Below, piece after piece: positions 27,813 through 36,946 of a DNA stretch of 51,695 nucleotides. The notes under the pieces were generated by a model. That model did no database searches. It had not been told where the DNA came from and worked only from the letters and a program-made list of their open reading frames with translations. Numbering within the stretch: position 1 is the first letter of the stretch; every line of letters starts with the position of its first letter. Location of the stretch: positions 1 through 51,695 of the forward strand of contig JBHGBC010000025.1 in assembly GCA_041946805.1 (NCBI GenBank), read 5' to 3'. This stretch comes from a bacterium. GTDB lineage: Bacteria > Hinthialibacterota > Hinthialibacteria > Hinthialibacterales > Hinthialibacteraceae. The translations under genes were made by a program, and so were the position numbers.

Positions 27813-28730
27813 ATGGCGCTGACCGAATTTTGGACTCTCTTTCAAGATACCCACACCTGCCGGATCCTCCTGGAGATGAAAGATCTTTTCGTTTCACTCC
27901 TGCCCGGGCTGGTGAGCGGTTTGTTGGCGTCATCCTACCTGGTCGCCCGATGGCCGCTGCACATCCTCAAGGAAGGGGCGTGGACCCGGGGGCCGGGAGG
28001 GATCGTCCTCATGGCCTTGGCCGGCATCGTTTCCCCCTTTTGCTCCTACCTGGCCATTCCCATCGCGGCCGCCTTGATCCAAGGCGGGGTGTCGCCGGTA
28101 CCGGTCTTCGCGTTCCTCTTCGCCTCGCCGCTGATGAATCCCACCCTGTTCGGCATGACCCTCAGCGCGTTTGGGTGGTCCATGGCGCTGGCGAGAGTCG
28201 CGGCCGCCGTGGGTTTCGGGATTCTGGGGGGCCTGCTGGCCGCTTGGTATTCGCGAAAGCATCCCGCATTCTTCGATTTCGGGGATGTGGCCGCGGCGCC
28301 CGGTGATCCCAACGAACAAATCCCCTTCTCCCGCCGCTGGTATGAATCATTCATCCATATGGGTGGATTCGTGTTGAAATACGTATTCCTGGGAATCGGC
28401 ATCGCCGCGGTGATCCAGGAACTGGTGCCCCTGCAGTGGGTGGAGCGGGTGGTGGGGCGGCAATACGGGTACAGCATCCTGGCCGGCTCGCTGTTGGGAA
28501 TCCCCTTGTACGCGTGCGGCGGCGGGACGATTCCCTTCATCCAGGTGATGATGAACATGGGCATGTCGCCCGGCGCGGCGCTGGCTTTCTTTTTGTCGGG
28601 ACCCGCCACCAAAGTCCAAACCCTGGCCGCCATGCAACTGACCATGGGGATCCGGATCACCGGCGTGTATTTTCTGCTCAGCGTTGCCTGGTCGCTTCTG
28701 GCGGGCTGGATATATCAATGGTTCGCGTGA
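27813..28730 (+). CDS. Permease, ArsP/DUF318 family
   Basis: Two repeated halves with SPFCSY...FASPLMNP and IPLYACGGG...LAFFLSGPAT. About 8 TM segments. Confidence 0.85.
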   Translation: MALTEFWTLFQDTHTCRILLEMKDLFVSLLPGLVSGLLASSYLVARWPLHILKEGAWTRGPGGIVLMALAGIVSPFCSYLAIPIAAALIQGGVSPVPVFAFLFASPLMNPTLFGMTLSAFGWSMALARVAAAVGFGILGGLLAAWYSRKHPAFFDFGDVAAAPGDPNEQIPFSRRWYESFIHMGGFVLKYVFLGIGIAAVIQELVPLQWVERVVGRQYGYSILAGSLLGIPLYACGGGTIPFIQVMMNMGMSPGAALAFFLSGPATKVQTLAAMQLTMGIRITGVYFLLSVAWSLLAGWIYQWFA

Positions 28731-28748
28731 GGGGGAGGGAGGATGATC

Positions 28749-28778
28749 GATGGGTTACGCGCCGCGCGCTAACCCATC
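28749..28778. repeat. REP-like hairpin
   Basis: GATGGGTTA-CGCGCCGCGCGC-TAACCCATC. A related copy lies at 9616-9645. Confidence 0.6.
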
Positions 28779-28976
28779 CTCCGATTCGAACCTATCCTGC
28801 GATTCGTACGATCGTGGAGAAAAATGCCTCCCTAACTCATTTGGCAATCCATTGGTTTCTATAATCCGTTCATTGAAAAACACTTCCGCCTGATAATAAA
28901 GAGTAGTCATTTCCCCGATTATGGACTATTTTATCTAAATGACCCATATGATTTCTGGGCCAATACCTCATCCTAG

Positions 28977-30803
28977 GTGAACAGCATGAAGCCCACTTTC
29001 TTTCTCCACCGTTCCCTCCTTTTCCGCGCTACGTTGATTCTTGGCATTGTGGCGCTGATCGGCATCGACCTCGCCTCTACCCTCCAGGCGCCCTCCCGGG
29101 TTGAAGCCGTTCCGGTTTCCCAGCTGAAAAACGACGGCCTGCCGCCGAACTATTCCACCCAGGTGGCGCTGGTTCGCTCGGACGACAGCACCTTGGCGTC
29201 GCCGGTGCCCTTGACTACCCACCTTTCGGATGCCCAGATTTTGGAAATGGTGTATCGCGTGTTGGATCTGGAAGGCGGGCTGCAAGGTCTTCTCAAGCCC
29301 GGTGCGAAGGTCGTGATCAAACCCAATGTCGTGGAGAACGCGGATCTCGAGAACGGCGTGAATACTGATCCGCGGGTGGTGGAAGGATTGATCCGCTGGA
29401 TCGTGGCCCACGGGCCGGGGAATCTCTCCCTGACCGTGGCCGAGGCGGCGGGCGGCTGGTTGGCGCCGGAAATGCGCAACACGAAATACAATTCCGGCGG
29501 CGCGCCGGTTACCGATGGGTATGAACAAGCGGGCTACCGGGACATGATCGCGCGCCTGGAAGCCGATGGTATTTCCGTCACGCTGCTCGACGCTAATTTC
29601 GGTTCGTACGACGATCCCTTGAGCCACATCCGTCTGGAGCCCGTGCCGGACAAGATCGACTTCCCCATTTATCCCGCGTATTGGATCCATGAGGCCATCC
29701 TCGACGCGGACGTGCTGATCAATGTTCCGGTGATGAAAATCCACACCCCGAATATCACCGTCTGCCTCAAGAATTACATCGGGACCGCGGCCGGCGCCAA
29801 ATACGGGACCTACAAGGGCATGGGAGGGCCTGAACCCGGCGATCCCACCCTGCACCTGGATTGGCCGGATTACAACTCGGTGGAACGCGAAATCGTTGAC
29901 TTGGCCTCCATTTCCCCCTCCAACTACTGCCTGGTGGATGCGTTGGTATGCAAGGAGCGCGCCAAAACCGCCTCGGATCCCGCGGTGCGCCGGAACATGG
30001 TGATCGCCGGACCCGACATGGTGGCCGTGGACACGATCTGCGCGCGGCTGATGGGCCTCAATCCCGATGACGTGGCCCATTTGTACGACGCGGCCCGCGA
30101 AGGGCTGGGCACCATGGATCTCGCCCAAATCAAAATCGTGGGCGAGCACTCGGTGGATGAATCGTTGTATTATTTCGAACGGCCTCCGGAAGGCTCGCAA
30201 GGCAACCGGGGCCACTTCGGCATGAACAACCGCATCTGGCTGCTCAACCGGGCCGAGGGGACCAGCCTCGACACGCCCTACCTCGGCGTCCCCGACGCGG
30301 AGGTGGCGGCCACGCCGGGAGCGAACGGCTGGACCGAACCGATCTGCTTCTCCGACGACAAGATCGATTTCGAAGCCCAGTACGGTTCCTCAAACGGTTC
30401 CGTGTATTACGCGTTTTGCTGGGTGTCGGTCCCCGAAGAGCAGGACGCCGAACTGTGGATCACCCACGATGAATCCTGCTCGGTCTGGCTCGGGGGTGAA
30501 TTGATTTACAACAAGACTATTTCCTATCAAAAAATCACGTTGCCGGGCCGTGCCGCCAAGACCATCCATCTCCAGCCGGGCGTGCATCCTCTGCTGGTGA
30601 AGCTGGTCGATCAGAGCAATTCGGCGATATTCGTCATGAATATCTGCCGCATTCTTCCGGGCACGCTGCCGCGGGGCCAAGCGACCTATCTCAACAACAA
30701 ACTGGCTGCCAATTACAAGCGTTACGAGGGTACGCGCGTCCCCGGTTTGAAATTCAGCACCCAATACACCCCCGCGGGAATCGGGGACTGGCTGGATTAT
30801 TGA
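28977..30803 (+). CDS. Secreted DUF362 domain protein with a C-terminal beta-rich domain, ending in GIGDWLDY
   Basis: Hydrophobic N-terminus, KVVIKPN, TDPRVV, INVPVMKIH, LKNYIG and DMVAVDTI...MG (DUF362 pattern). Confidence 0.8.
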   Translation: MNSMKPTFFLHRSLLFRATLILGIVALIGIDLASTLQAPSRVEAVPVSQLKNDGLPPNYSTQVALVRSDDSTLASPVPLTTHLSDAQILEMVYRVLDLEGGLQGLLKPGAKVVIKPNVVENADLENGVNTDPRVVEGLIRWIVAHGPGNLSLTVAEAAGGWLAPEMRNTKYNSGGAPVTDGYEQAGYRDMIARLEADGISVTLLDANFGSYDDPLSHIRLEPVPDKIDFPIYPAYWIHEAILDADVLINVPVMKIHTPNITVCLKNYIGTAAGAKYGTYKGMGGPEPGDPTLHLDWPDYNSVEREIVDLASISPSNYCLVDALVCKERAKTASDPAVRRNMVIAGPDMVAVDTICARLMGLNPDDVAHLYDAAREGLGTMDLAQIKIVGEHSVDESLYYFERPPEGSQGNRGHFGMNNRIWLLNRAEGTSLDTPYLGVPDAEVAATPGANGWTEPICFSDDKIDFEAQYGSSNGSVYYAFCWVSVPEEQDAELWITHDESCSVWLGGELIYNKTISYQKITLPGRAAKTIHLQPGVHPLLVKLVDQSNSAIFVMNICRILPGTLPRGQATYLNNKLAANYKRYEGTRVPGLKFSTQYTPAGIGDWLDY

Positions 30804-30969
30804 GCGGATATTCGTGAAATCAAATAAGCGAGCTGTGATCACCCGGGGATGCGGACAATGAGGCCCGACTCCGCGAGGGGGAAGGATCGTTGGTGATCGA
30901 TTGATCCACCGGCCGGTTGCCTATCAGTGCTTTCCATCTGACATTCCACCGTGACAAGTACCATTCTCA

Positions 30970-31074
30970 AGTCCTCGCGGAGGACCGGGCCGGACAGATA
31001 AAATTCCTTCACCTTCCACTTCTCGCGGAAGGCTTTGATCTGATCCATGTCGAGAGGAACGCGGGGTTGCATGG
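30970..31074 (-). pseudogene. Duplicated 5' fragment of the MNT antitoxin gene
   Basis: 31002-31074 matches 31681-31753 with one mismatch, then decays (YLSGPVLRED versus SLFGSVLRDD). Confidence 0.8.
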
Positions 31075-31108
31075 GGATTCTATTGTCGGGGAACGATTCC
31101 CTACTTGT

Positions 31109-31459
31109 TCATGGTGATTCCGATTCCAGAATCCGACGCAGCTTTTGAGCCAGTTCGGGGACATCACGAATAGCGATTGTCCACAAAACCTCCAGTTTGA
31201 TCTCGCCATACTCATGCGCCAGTAGATGACGTAAACCGATTATTTTTTTCCAATCGATTTCAGGATGATCCTGCTGAAATTCCTTTGAAATCCGCCTGGC
31301 CGCTTCCCCGATGATTTCGATCTTGCGCTCCAATGCGGAACGCAAAAGGTCGTCTTGTTCGAAATGATGGAAAGACTGACCTGCTGCAAATTCGATGGCA
31401 TAATTCGCCGCCTCCAGCATATCCCAAATATAGGCGAGTTCGCTCCTATCCTTGCGCAT
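31109..31459 (-). CDS. HepT-like ribonuclease toxin (DUF86/HEPN)
   Basis: IIGEAA and RHLLAHEY, which is the RX4HXY motif. Confidence 0.92.
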   Translation of the reverse strand: MRKDRSELAYIWDMLEAANYAIEFAAGQSFHHFEQDDLLRSALERKIEIIGEAARRISKEFQQDHPEIDWKKIIGLRHLLAHEYGEIKLEVLWTIAIRDVPELAQKLRRILESESP

Positions 31460-31751
31460 AGATCACCTGCCGGGTTGTGATGATTTCCTGGCGGCGGAAC
31501 GGATTTTTCAATCCCTGGAGGTCAACCATGTCGACTTTGCGGTGGAACAGTCCTTCCAATTCCTCGATCATATCCATCCATTCATACAAGCCGATGCCCT
31601 CATAATCGAATAACTCAATCAGCACGTCCACGTCACTCTCGGGCCCGAAATCGTCCCGCAGCACCGAGCCGAACAAGGAGAATTCCTTCACCTTCCACTT
31701 CTCGCAGAAGGCTTTGATCTGATCCATGTCGAGAGGAACGCGGGGTTGCAT
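31446..31751 (-). CDS. MntA-like nucleotidyltransferase antitoxin
   Basis: FGSVLRDDFGPESDVD (GSX10DXD) and RKVD. Overlaps the HepT-like gene. Alternative start at 31760. Confidence 0.92.
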   Translation of the reverse strand: MQPRVPLDMDQIKAFCEKWKVKEFSLFGSVLRDDFGPESDVDVLIELFDYEGIGLYEWMDMIEELEGLFHRKVDMVDLQGLKNPFRRQEIITTRQVIYAQG

Positions 31752-31929
31752 GGTTTCCATCGTTTCAATGATACGCTGTTTTTTCTTTATTCCGCCCTCG
31801 CGCGGCTTCCCTTGCCTTGGCCCTTTTTTCCGAAGGAGGGGGAACTGATGTGATGGTTCTTCATTCTCCATTTCAAACGATGTCCGCGATCCATCAGGCT
31901 GAGAGCCAGTTCTTGCCCGATGATCTATT

Positions 31930-32451
31930 TTATTGATTTCTCCATTCCCCCTCCAATAAAGACATCAGCAAGATGTCACAGTATTTCCCCTGGGTGAAGA
32001 AGGCCTCGCGGAGGCGGCCTTCGACCCGGAAGCCTAGTTTCTCATACATCCGGATCGCCCGCTCGTTGAAATCAAAGACCTGCAAGGCCAGGCGGTGCAG
32101 GTTCAGTTCCTCGAAGCCGAAGCGGATCAGCGCACGAAACGCGTTCGTGCCGTAGCCCTGGCCCTGGAAGGCGGGATCGAGGTGCAGGCCGATTTCCGCC
32201 TGCCGGTTCTTGTGGTCCAGGTTTTTGAGCAGGGTATAGCCGATGGGGTGGCCGGCCTCGTTCTCGATGATAAACACCAGCGTGGACGCCTGATCGCTGT
32301 ATTGCTCGTACCAGCGCCGCTGGCCGGCCTGTGAAAGAGGCAGGGTGGAGAAATGCAGCTGCCGCAGTTCGGGGTGGTTGCGCCAGCCGCGCAGGATCTC
32401 CACGTCCCGGTCTTCCAAGGCCCGCAGGGTGATGTTCTTACCGGGAATCAT
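31930..32451 (-). CDS. GNAT N-acetyltransferase (RimJ/RimL/PseH-like)
   Basis: WRN, AEIG, FQGQGYG and NERAIRMYEKLGF..EG.LR motifs. Confidence 0.9.
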   Translation of the reverse strand: MIPGKNITLRALEDRDVEILRGWRNHPELRQLHFSTLPLSQAGQRRWYEQYSDQASTLVFIIENEAGHPIGYTLLKNLDHKNRQAEIGLHLDPAFQGQGYGTNAFRALIRFGFEELNLHRLALQVFDFNERAIRMYEKLGFRVEGRLREAFFTQGKYCDILLMSLLEGEWRNQ

Positions 32452-32574
32452 GGGAGAAGTTCCTTTCGCCGGCAATCCGTGTAGCGATATAGCCGTCTGC
32501 AGAATTTAGTCCACCCTTTCGGGACGGATCTTACCCTGGTTCCACCTAAAGGGGCTGATTTTAACGTTCTGATC

Positions 32575-32657
32575 CGGGAGGGCGAACCTCCGGGTGAGCC
32601 GGGAGAATCATGGGGTGTATCGAATCCATCCGGCTCGGCGGTAACCTCGCCCTCCCG
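32575..32657. repeat. Inverted REP-like pair (REPIN-like)
   Basis: CGGGAGGGCGAACCTCCGGGTGAGCCG ... CGGCTCGGCGGTAACCTCGCCCTCCCG. Homologous copy at 39176-39258, with similarity extending into the flanks. Confidence 0.75.
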
Positions 32658-32710
32658 TTAAAAAACCAGGTTTTTTGACAAACGCAGGATTGCCAATTCA
32701 TTCAAATATT

Positions 32711-32824
32711 CCCTCACCCTACCCCTCCCCCAGAGGGAGAGGGGATTTAGGGTGGCTCTCTCCAACCCGTCGAATCGATGTCCAGTCACGCTCCCGAAAA
32801 AAGTACGCATTTGCCTGATGAGCC
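32711..32824. repeat. MITE-family copy (hairpin plus TIR)
   Basis: The reverse complement aligns with 6148-6260. Ends GTACGCATTTGCCTGATGAGCC. Confidence 0.75.
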
Positions 32825-32829
32825 TTATT

Positions 32830-33999
32830 TTATAACGTTTCGCCGAAGGAGATCACGGCCTCGATCACGCGGGTGATTTCCTCCTCGGTTAAATCGGGGA
32901 AGAGGGGCAGGCTGAGGACGCGCTTCCAGATCTCTTCCGCAATGGGACATTGCGCGCGCAGGCCGGCGTAATACGGATGCAAATGCAGAGGATAATAATG
33001 CACGCCCGGCGCGATGCCCCGGCGCTTGAGGTGGGCGATCAGGCGGTCGCGCTTGGGAACTTGGATATGGTAAATATGCCACGACGAACGCGCGCCTTCC
33101 AATTCCGGCGGCGTTTCGATCCAGGAACAGGGCCGGAACGCCGCGTTGTAGCGTTCCACCACCGCCCGGCGCTTGCGGTTGTTTTCCTCGAGGCGTTGCA
33201 ATTGGACCAGGCCGATGGCGGCGGAAATGTCGTGCATATGGCACTTGTAGCCTAGCTCGTTGACCTGGTATTGCCAGGCGTACACCCGGGCGTGGACGGA
33301 GCGGGTATAGGTGTCCTTGGAGATCCCCAGCCAGCGGAGTTCGCGCAATTTTTTGTCCCAAGCGGTCTCGTGTGTGAGGACCGCCCCGCCCTCGCCGCAG
33401 GTGAGGTTCTTGACGGCGTGGAACGAGAAACACGTTAGGGGGGATAGCCCGCCGATCATCCGGCCGTGGTAGACGGCTCCGCAGGCGTGGGCGGCGTCCT
33501 CGATCAAGGTGATGTTCCGCCCGGCGATGGCTTCGCGCAGGCCGTCAAGGTCGCAGGGGTGGCCGCCGTAATGGACGGGAATGATGGCGCGGGTGCGGGG
33601 GGTGATCTTGCGCCGGACATCGTCCACGCTGAGGCAGAGGGTGTCCTTATCCACATCGGCGAAAACGGGCCGCGCCCCGGAGTAGCCCACGGCATGAGCG
33701 GTGGAAACGAAGGTGATGGTGGGCACGATGACTTCGTCGTCCGGTTGGAGATCGAGCAGCCGCAGGGCCAGGTGCAACGCGGCGGTTCCCGAGTTGAGGC
33801 AGACCACGTGCGCGGCGCTGAAATACTCCGCCAGGGCCTTCTCGAACCGTTCCGTGACCGCCCCCATCCCCAGCCAGCCGGAGCGCATCACTTCGGCCAC
33901 GGCGTCGATTTCCGCCTGCGTGATCGAGGGGCGGAAGACGGGGATTGGATTGGGGTGAGATGCAGATGATTTGGATGAATGGCTGGTTTTGGTTTTCAT
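32830..33999 (-). CDS. DegT/DnrJ/EryC1/StrS family PLP-dependent sugar aminotransferase
   Basis: NSGTAALHLAL, IIPVHYGG, IEDAAHA and FSFHAVKNLTCGEGG motifs. Confidence 0.95.
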   Translation of the reverse strand: MKTKTSHSSKSSASHPNPIPVFRPSITQAEIDAVAEVMRSGWLGMGAVTERFEKALAEYFSAAHVVCLNSGTAALHLALRLLDLQPDDEVIVPTITFVSTAHAVGYSGARPVFADVDKDTLCLSVDDVRRKITPRTRAIIPVHYGGHPCDLDGLREAIAGRNITLIEDAAHACGAVYHGRMIGGLSPLTCFSFHAVKNLTCGEGGAVLTHETAWDKKLRELRWLGISKDTYTRSVHARVYAWQYQVNELGYKCHMHDISAAIGLVQLQRLEENNRKRRAVVERYNAAFRPCSWIETPPELEGARSSWHIYHIQVPKRDRLIAHLKRRGIAPGVHYYPLHLHPYYAGLRAQCPIAEEIWKRVLSLPLFPDLTEEEITRVIEAVISFGETL

Positions 34000-34037
34000 T
34001 GTGCTACATGGACGAAGTCATTTCTATTGATTTGGTT

Positions 34038-34640
34038 TCATGAAGTCCGGGATAACGCGTGATGGAATTCCTCGATGAATAAATGAAGGGAACGTTCGTT
34101 TTTCCCGGCCCGGTATAGATCCATCACGTTGACCAGCTCGAGCGCGTATTCCGCCCCACCGTAGATTGCGTCATTGTCACTTTGTTTGATGGCATCCACC
34201 AGTATTTTTTTATAATCATCTTTTTTGCATTTGATTTTTCCGATATGACAATCCGCGCCCACGGCCTGGAAAAACGATTCCGGATCCGCCATGTACCAGC
34301 GTTCGATGTATGGATCGGGACAGGCTAACACGTAAACGGGGAAGGTACCTTCATCAATGCTTTGCTTTAATTCAGCATGGATTTTCGCGTGCGAATGACA
34401 ATTGGCGTCTCGCGCCAAGACCAACAGACCGGGCCGGTGCCGATGAAATTCGTTTTTCTCCAGCGCCTTTTGATAGGCTTTGAATTCCTGGAGCATACGG
34501 GGATGGCCACCCCGGGCCGAGCGATGGTGGATAACCGCGGCGCGGTGTGTTTCTTGCAGAAGACGGCGGATCAAGGCTTCAAGGAAACGTTCCTGCGCCA
34601 TGTCCTCGGTGTACAAGTCAATGTGGATTTTTTCAACCAT
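34038..34640 (-). CDS. Hypothetical protein, DUF4276/TOPRIM-like partner of the upstream ATPase
   Basis: N-terminal YTED, LARDAN and PYIERWYMAD motifs. Its start overlaps the ATPase stop. Confidence 0.65.
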   Translation of the reverse strand: MVEKIHIDLYTEDMAQERFLEALIRRLLQETHRAAVIHHRSARGGHPRMLQEFKAYQKALEKNEFHRHRPGLLVLARDANCHSHAKIHAELKQSIDEGTFPVYVLACPDPYIERWYMADPESFFQAVGADCHIGKIKCKKDDYKKILVDAIKQSDNDAIYGGAEYALELVNVMDLYRAGKNERSLHLFIEEFHHALSRTS

Positions 34641-35880
34641 CGACCAATCCCCGGAGCACGAGGCCTTCAAACCAACCGTCCTCCTGCCGGCTGGTCAACG
34701 CTTCCTGTATATCGTGGTCATCAAACAAGGGACCGGCGGTTTGAAATGGCTCGCAGACGGTTTGCCCATTCTCTTGCCGGGTGATCAAAACCGCGACCTC
34801 CTTTGGGTTTTTATTTTGTTCGGCGAGAATTTGCTGACAAAAGAGGGGGGAATGGGTAGTGACGATGACTTGTTGATGGCGTTCCAGGGCGAGATAGGTG
34901 AGCAGTTTCGCGATCAGTTCGATCCGGCGGGGGTGCACGCCGTTTTCCGGCTCCTCGAACGCGATCAGGGAGCCGGGCCAGGGATTGGCGGCAATCGCGC
35001 ACAAGGCCAACACCCGCAGAGTCCCTTCGGAAATGATCCGGGATGAAAACGTGATCCCGTTTTGGATGATTTGCAAATCCAAGGCGCCGCGTTTTTCATC
35101 CAGTTCCACGCTGACGGATTCGAGCGACGGGATAATCATGCGCAAGGACCGCATTACAAGTTGAAAGGCCTTGGGTTCCCCCAGTTGCACGCGATAGAGA
35201 AAAGGCGCCAGATCTTCTCCTCGTGTGCCGATATCGGCCACTTCTTTGGGAGGGACGGAATTTCTCATGGCCACGCGGGGATCGAGATAGTAAATCCGGA
35301 AATCGGAGAGTTCCTCCCGCACCCACTGGATGGCTTCATATTCCGAACCGGAAAACCGGATATCCGAGAGTTGAGTATGATTCAAGCCCAGTTTCTCAAT
35401 CCGGGGGTGGGCGGGTTTCCTCTGGCGGCGGATATGCAATTGCCCCTCTACTTCTTCGATCAAGGGTGATCCCCGGGCCGCTCCGGACCGGGTGAGTTTG
35501 GCCAGGTATTCATCCCGCACGGACAACTTACCCGAGCGGGGATGAATTTGCACAGCGATCCGGTAGCGGTAATTGGGAGGAGAAGCGCTTCCATTCTTCC
35601 CGAGATCCGCCTCCAGGGTAAATTCCGCGGTATCTTTCTCGTACAACTCGGACAAGCCGCCGCTGGGGAATGCGAAGCATTCGATCGGATTTCCCCGAAT
35701 CGGATTCGCCAGGGCTTCCAACAAAGTTCTTCCGCACGCCAGGCGGGAGACGGCCTGGATGGCTTCCAGGAGGTTGGATTTGCCAGCAGTGTTGGCGCCG
35801 AACAAGACCGTCAACCGCGGGAATTCCACATCCACCTCATTTAATGATTTAAATCCTTGTATCCGCAATCGTTTCAACAT
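34633..35880 (-). CDS. ABC/SMC-like ATPase (AAA_21/AAA_15 type)
   Basis: IQGFKS, Walker A GANTAGKSN, signature ISEGT, Walker B/D-loop FEEPENGVHP and H-loop TTHSP. Confidence 0.92.
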   Translation of the reverse strand: MLKRLRIQGFKSLNEVDVEFPRLTVLFGANTAGKSNLLEAIQAVSRLACGRTLLEALANPIRGNPIECFAFPSGGLSELYEKDTAEFTLEADLGKNGSASPPNYRYRIAVQIHPRSGKLSVRDEYLAKLTRSGAARGSPLIEEVEGQLHIRRQRKPAHPRIEKLGLNHTQLSDIRFSGSEYEAIQWVREELSDFRIYYLDPRVAMRNSVPPKEVADIGTRGEDLAPFLYRVQLGEPKAFQLVMRSLRMIIPSLESVSVELDEKRGALDLQIIQNGITFSSRIISEGTLRVLALCAIAANPWPGSLIAFEEPENGVHPRRIELIAKLLTYLALERHQQVIVTTHSPLFCQQILAEQNKNPKEVAVLITRQENGQTVCEPFQTAGPLFDDHDIQEALTSRQEDGWFEGLVLRGLVDG

Positions 35881-36085
35881 GATAAGCCGGTTTCCTCACT
35901 GGCCTCGGCCGGACGCACGGCTCGGATAGGCTCCTCATACGGTACTGGATTGTTGCTCTATACCTTATATTTTTTCGGAGAAATTGAATAGTAACGTCTC
36001 GGTCTGGAGGTATCGCCTTTGGCTATGACGGCTTGTGGAAACTACCTAGAATCACCCTATTCAGGAGAGGAATGTACAAGGCCCC

Positions 36086-36841
36086 GTGCGCGAAGACTAT
36101 TACGCCAAATACTACGAGTTCGAAAACCACAGCTGGTGGTTCGTCAGCCGGCGGAAGATCCTGCGGGATGTGCTGCGGCGGCATCTGCCCCCGGCCGAGA
36201 AGCCCCGGGCCATCCTCGACGCCGGCTGCGGCACGGGGATCAACTTAGCCCTGCTGGAGGAATTCGGCGAGGTGCTGGGCGTGGACCGCTCGGACGAGGC
36301 CATCCATTTTTGCCATTTGCGGGGCGCGGACAACGTGCGCCAAGCGGAGATCGAACACCTGCCCTTCGAGGAGAACACCTTCAGCCTCGTCACCGCCCTG
36401 GATGTTCTGGAACACATACCCGACGACGCGCGGGCCCTCGGCGAGATCGTCCGCGTATGCCAGATGAGCGGTCATGTGCTGATCACCGTGCCCGTGTTCC
36501 CCTCTCTCTGGTGCGAGCACGACGAGATCAACCACCACGTCCGGCGCTACGAGCCGGCGCGCGTCCGGAACCTGGTGTCCGAAAGCGGCCTGATGATCGT
36601 CCATCAATCCTTCATGAACACTTGGCTGCTGCCGGCGGCCCTGGTTTGGCGCTGGCGGCGGCGGTTCGTGAGCCTGTTCGCCAAAAATCCCGACCTGGCC
36701 CGCGCCGACAACATGCACCATCACCGCTGGATCAACCGGCTGCTCACCACGATCTTCTCCAGCGAAGCACCGCTGGTGGCGGGGCGGGGCCTGCCCATCG
36801 GCCTGTCGCTGGTGATCCTCGCCCGGAAGTTTTCGGTATAA
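36086..36841 (+). CDS. Class I SAM-dependent methyltransferase
   Basis: ILDAGCGTG, LDVLEHI, ITVP and HVRRY motifs. Confidence 0.9.
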   Translation: MREDYYAKYYEFENHSWWFVSRRKILRDVLRRHLPPAEKPRAILDAGCGTGINLALLEEFGEVLGVDRSDEAIHFCHLRGADNVRQAEIEHLPFEENTFSLVTALDVLEHIPDDARALGEIVRVCQMSGHVLITVPVFPSLWCEHDEINHHVRRYEPARVRNLVSESGLMIVHQSFMNTWLLPAALVWRWRRRFVSLFAKNPDLARADNMHHHRWINRLLTTIFSSEAPLVAGRGLPIGLSLVILARKFSV

Positions 36842-36946
36842 TGACAATCCCAGATCTTCCCAAAACCTCGCCCTGATAATCCACTGTTCATCCAAATCAT
36901 GGTTACCGAAGGGAGCCTTTTCACGTTTGAATGTTCAGAAGTTTTT

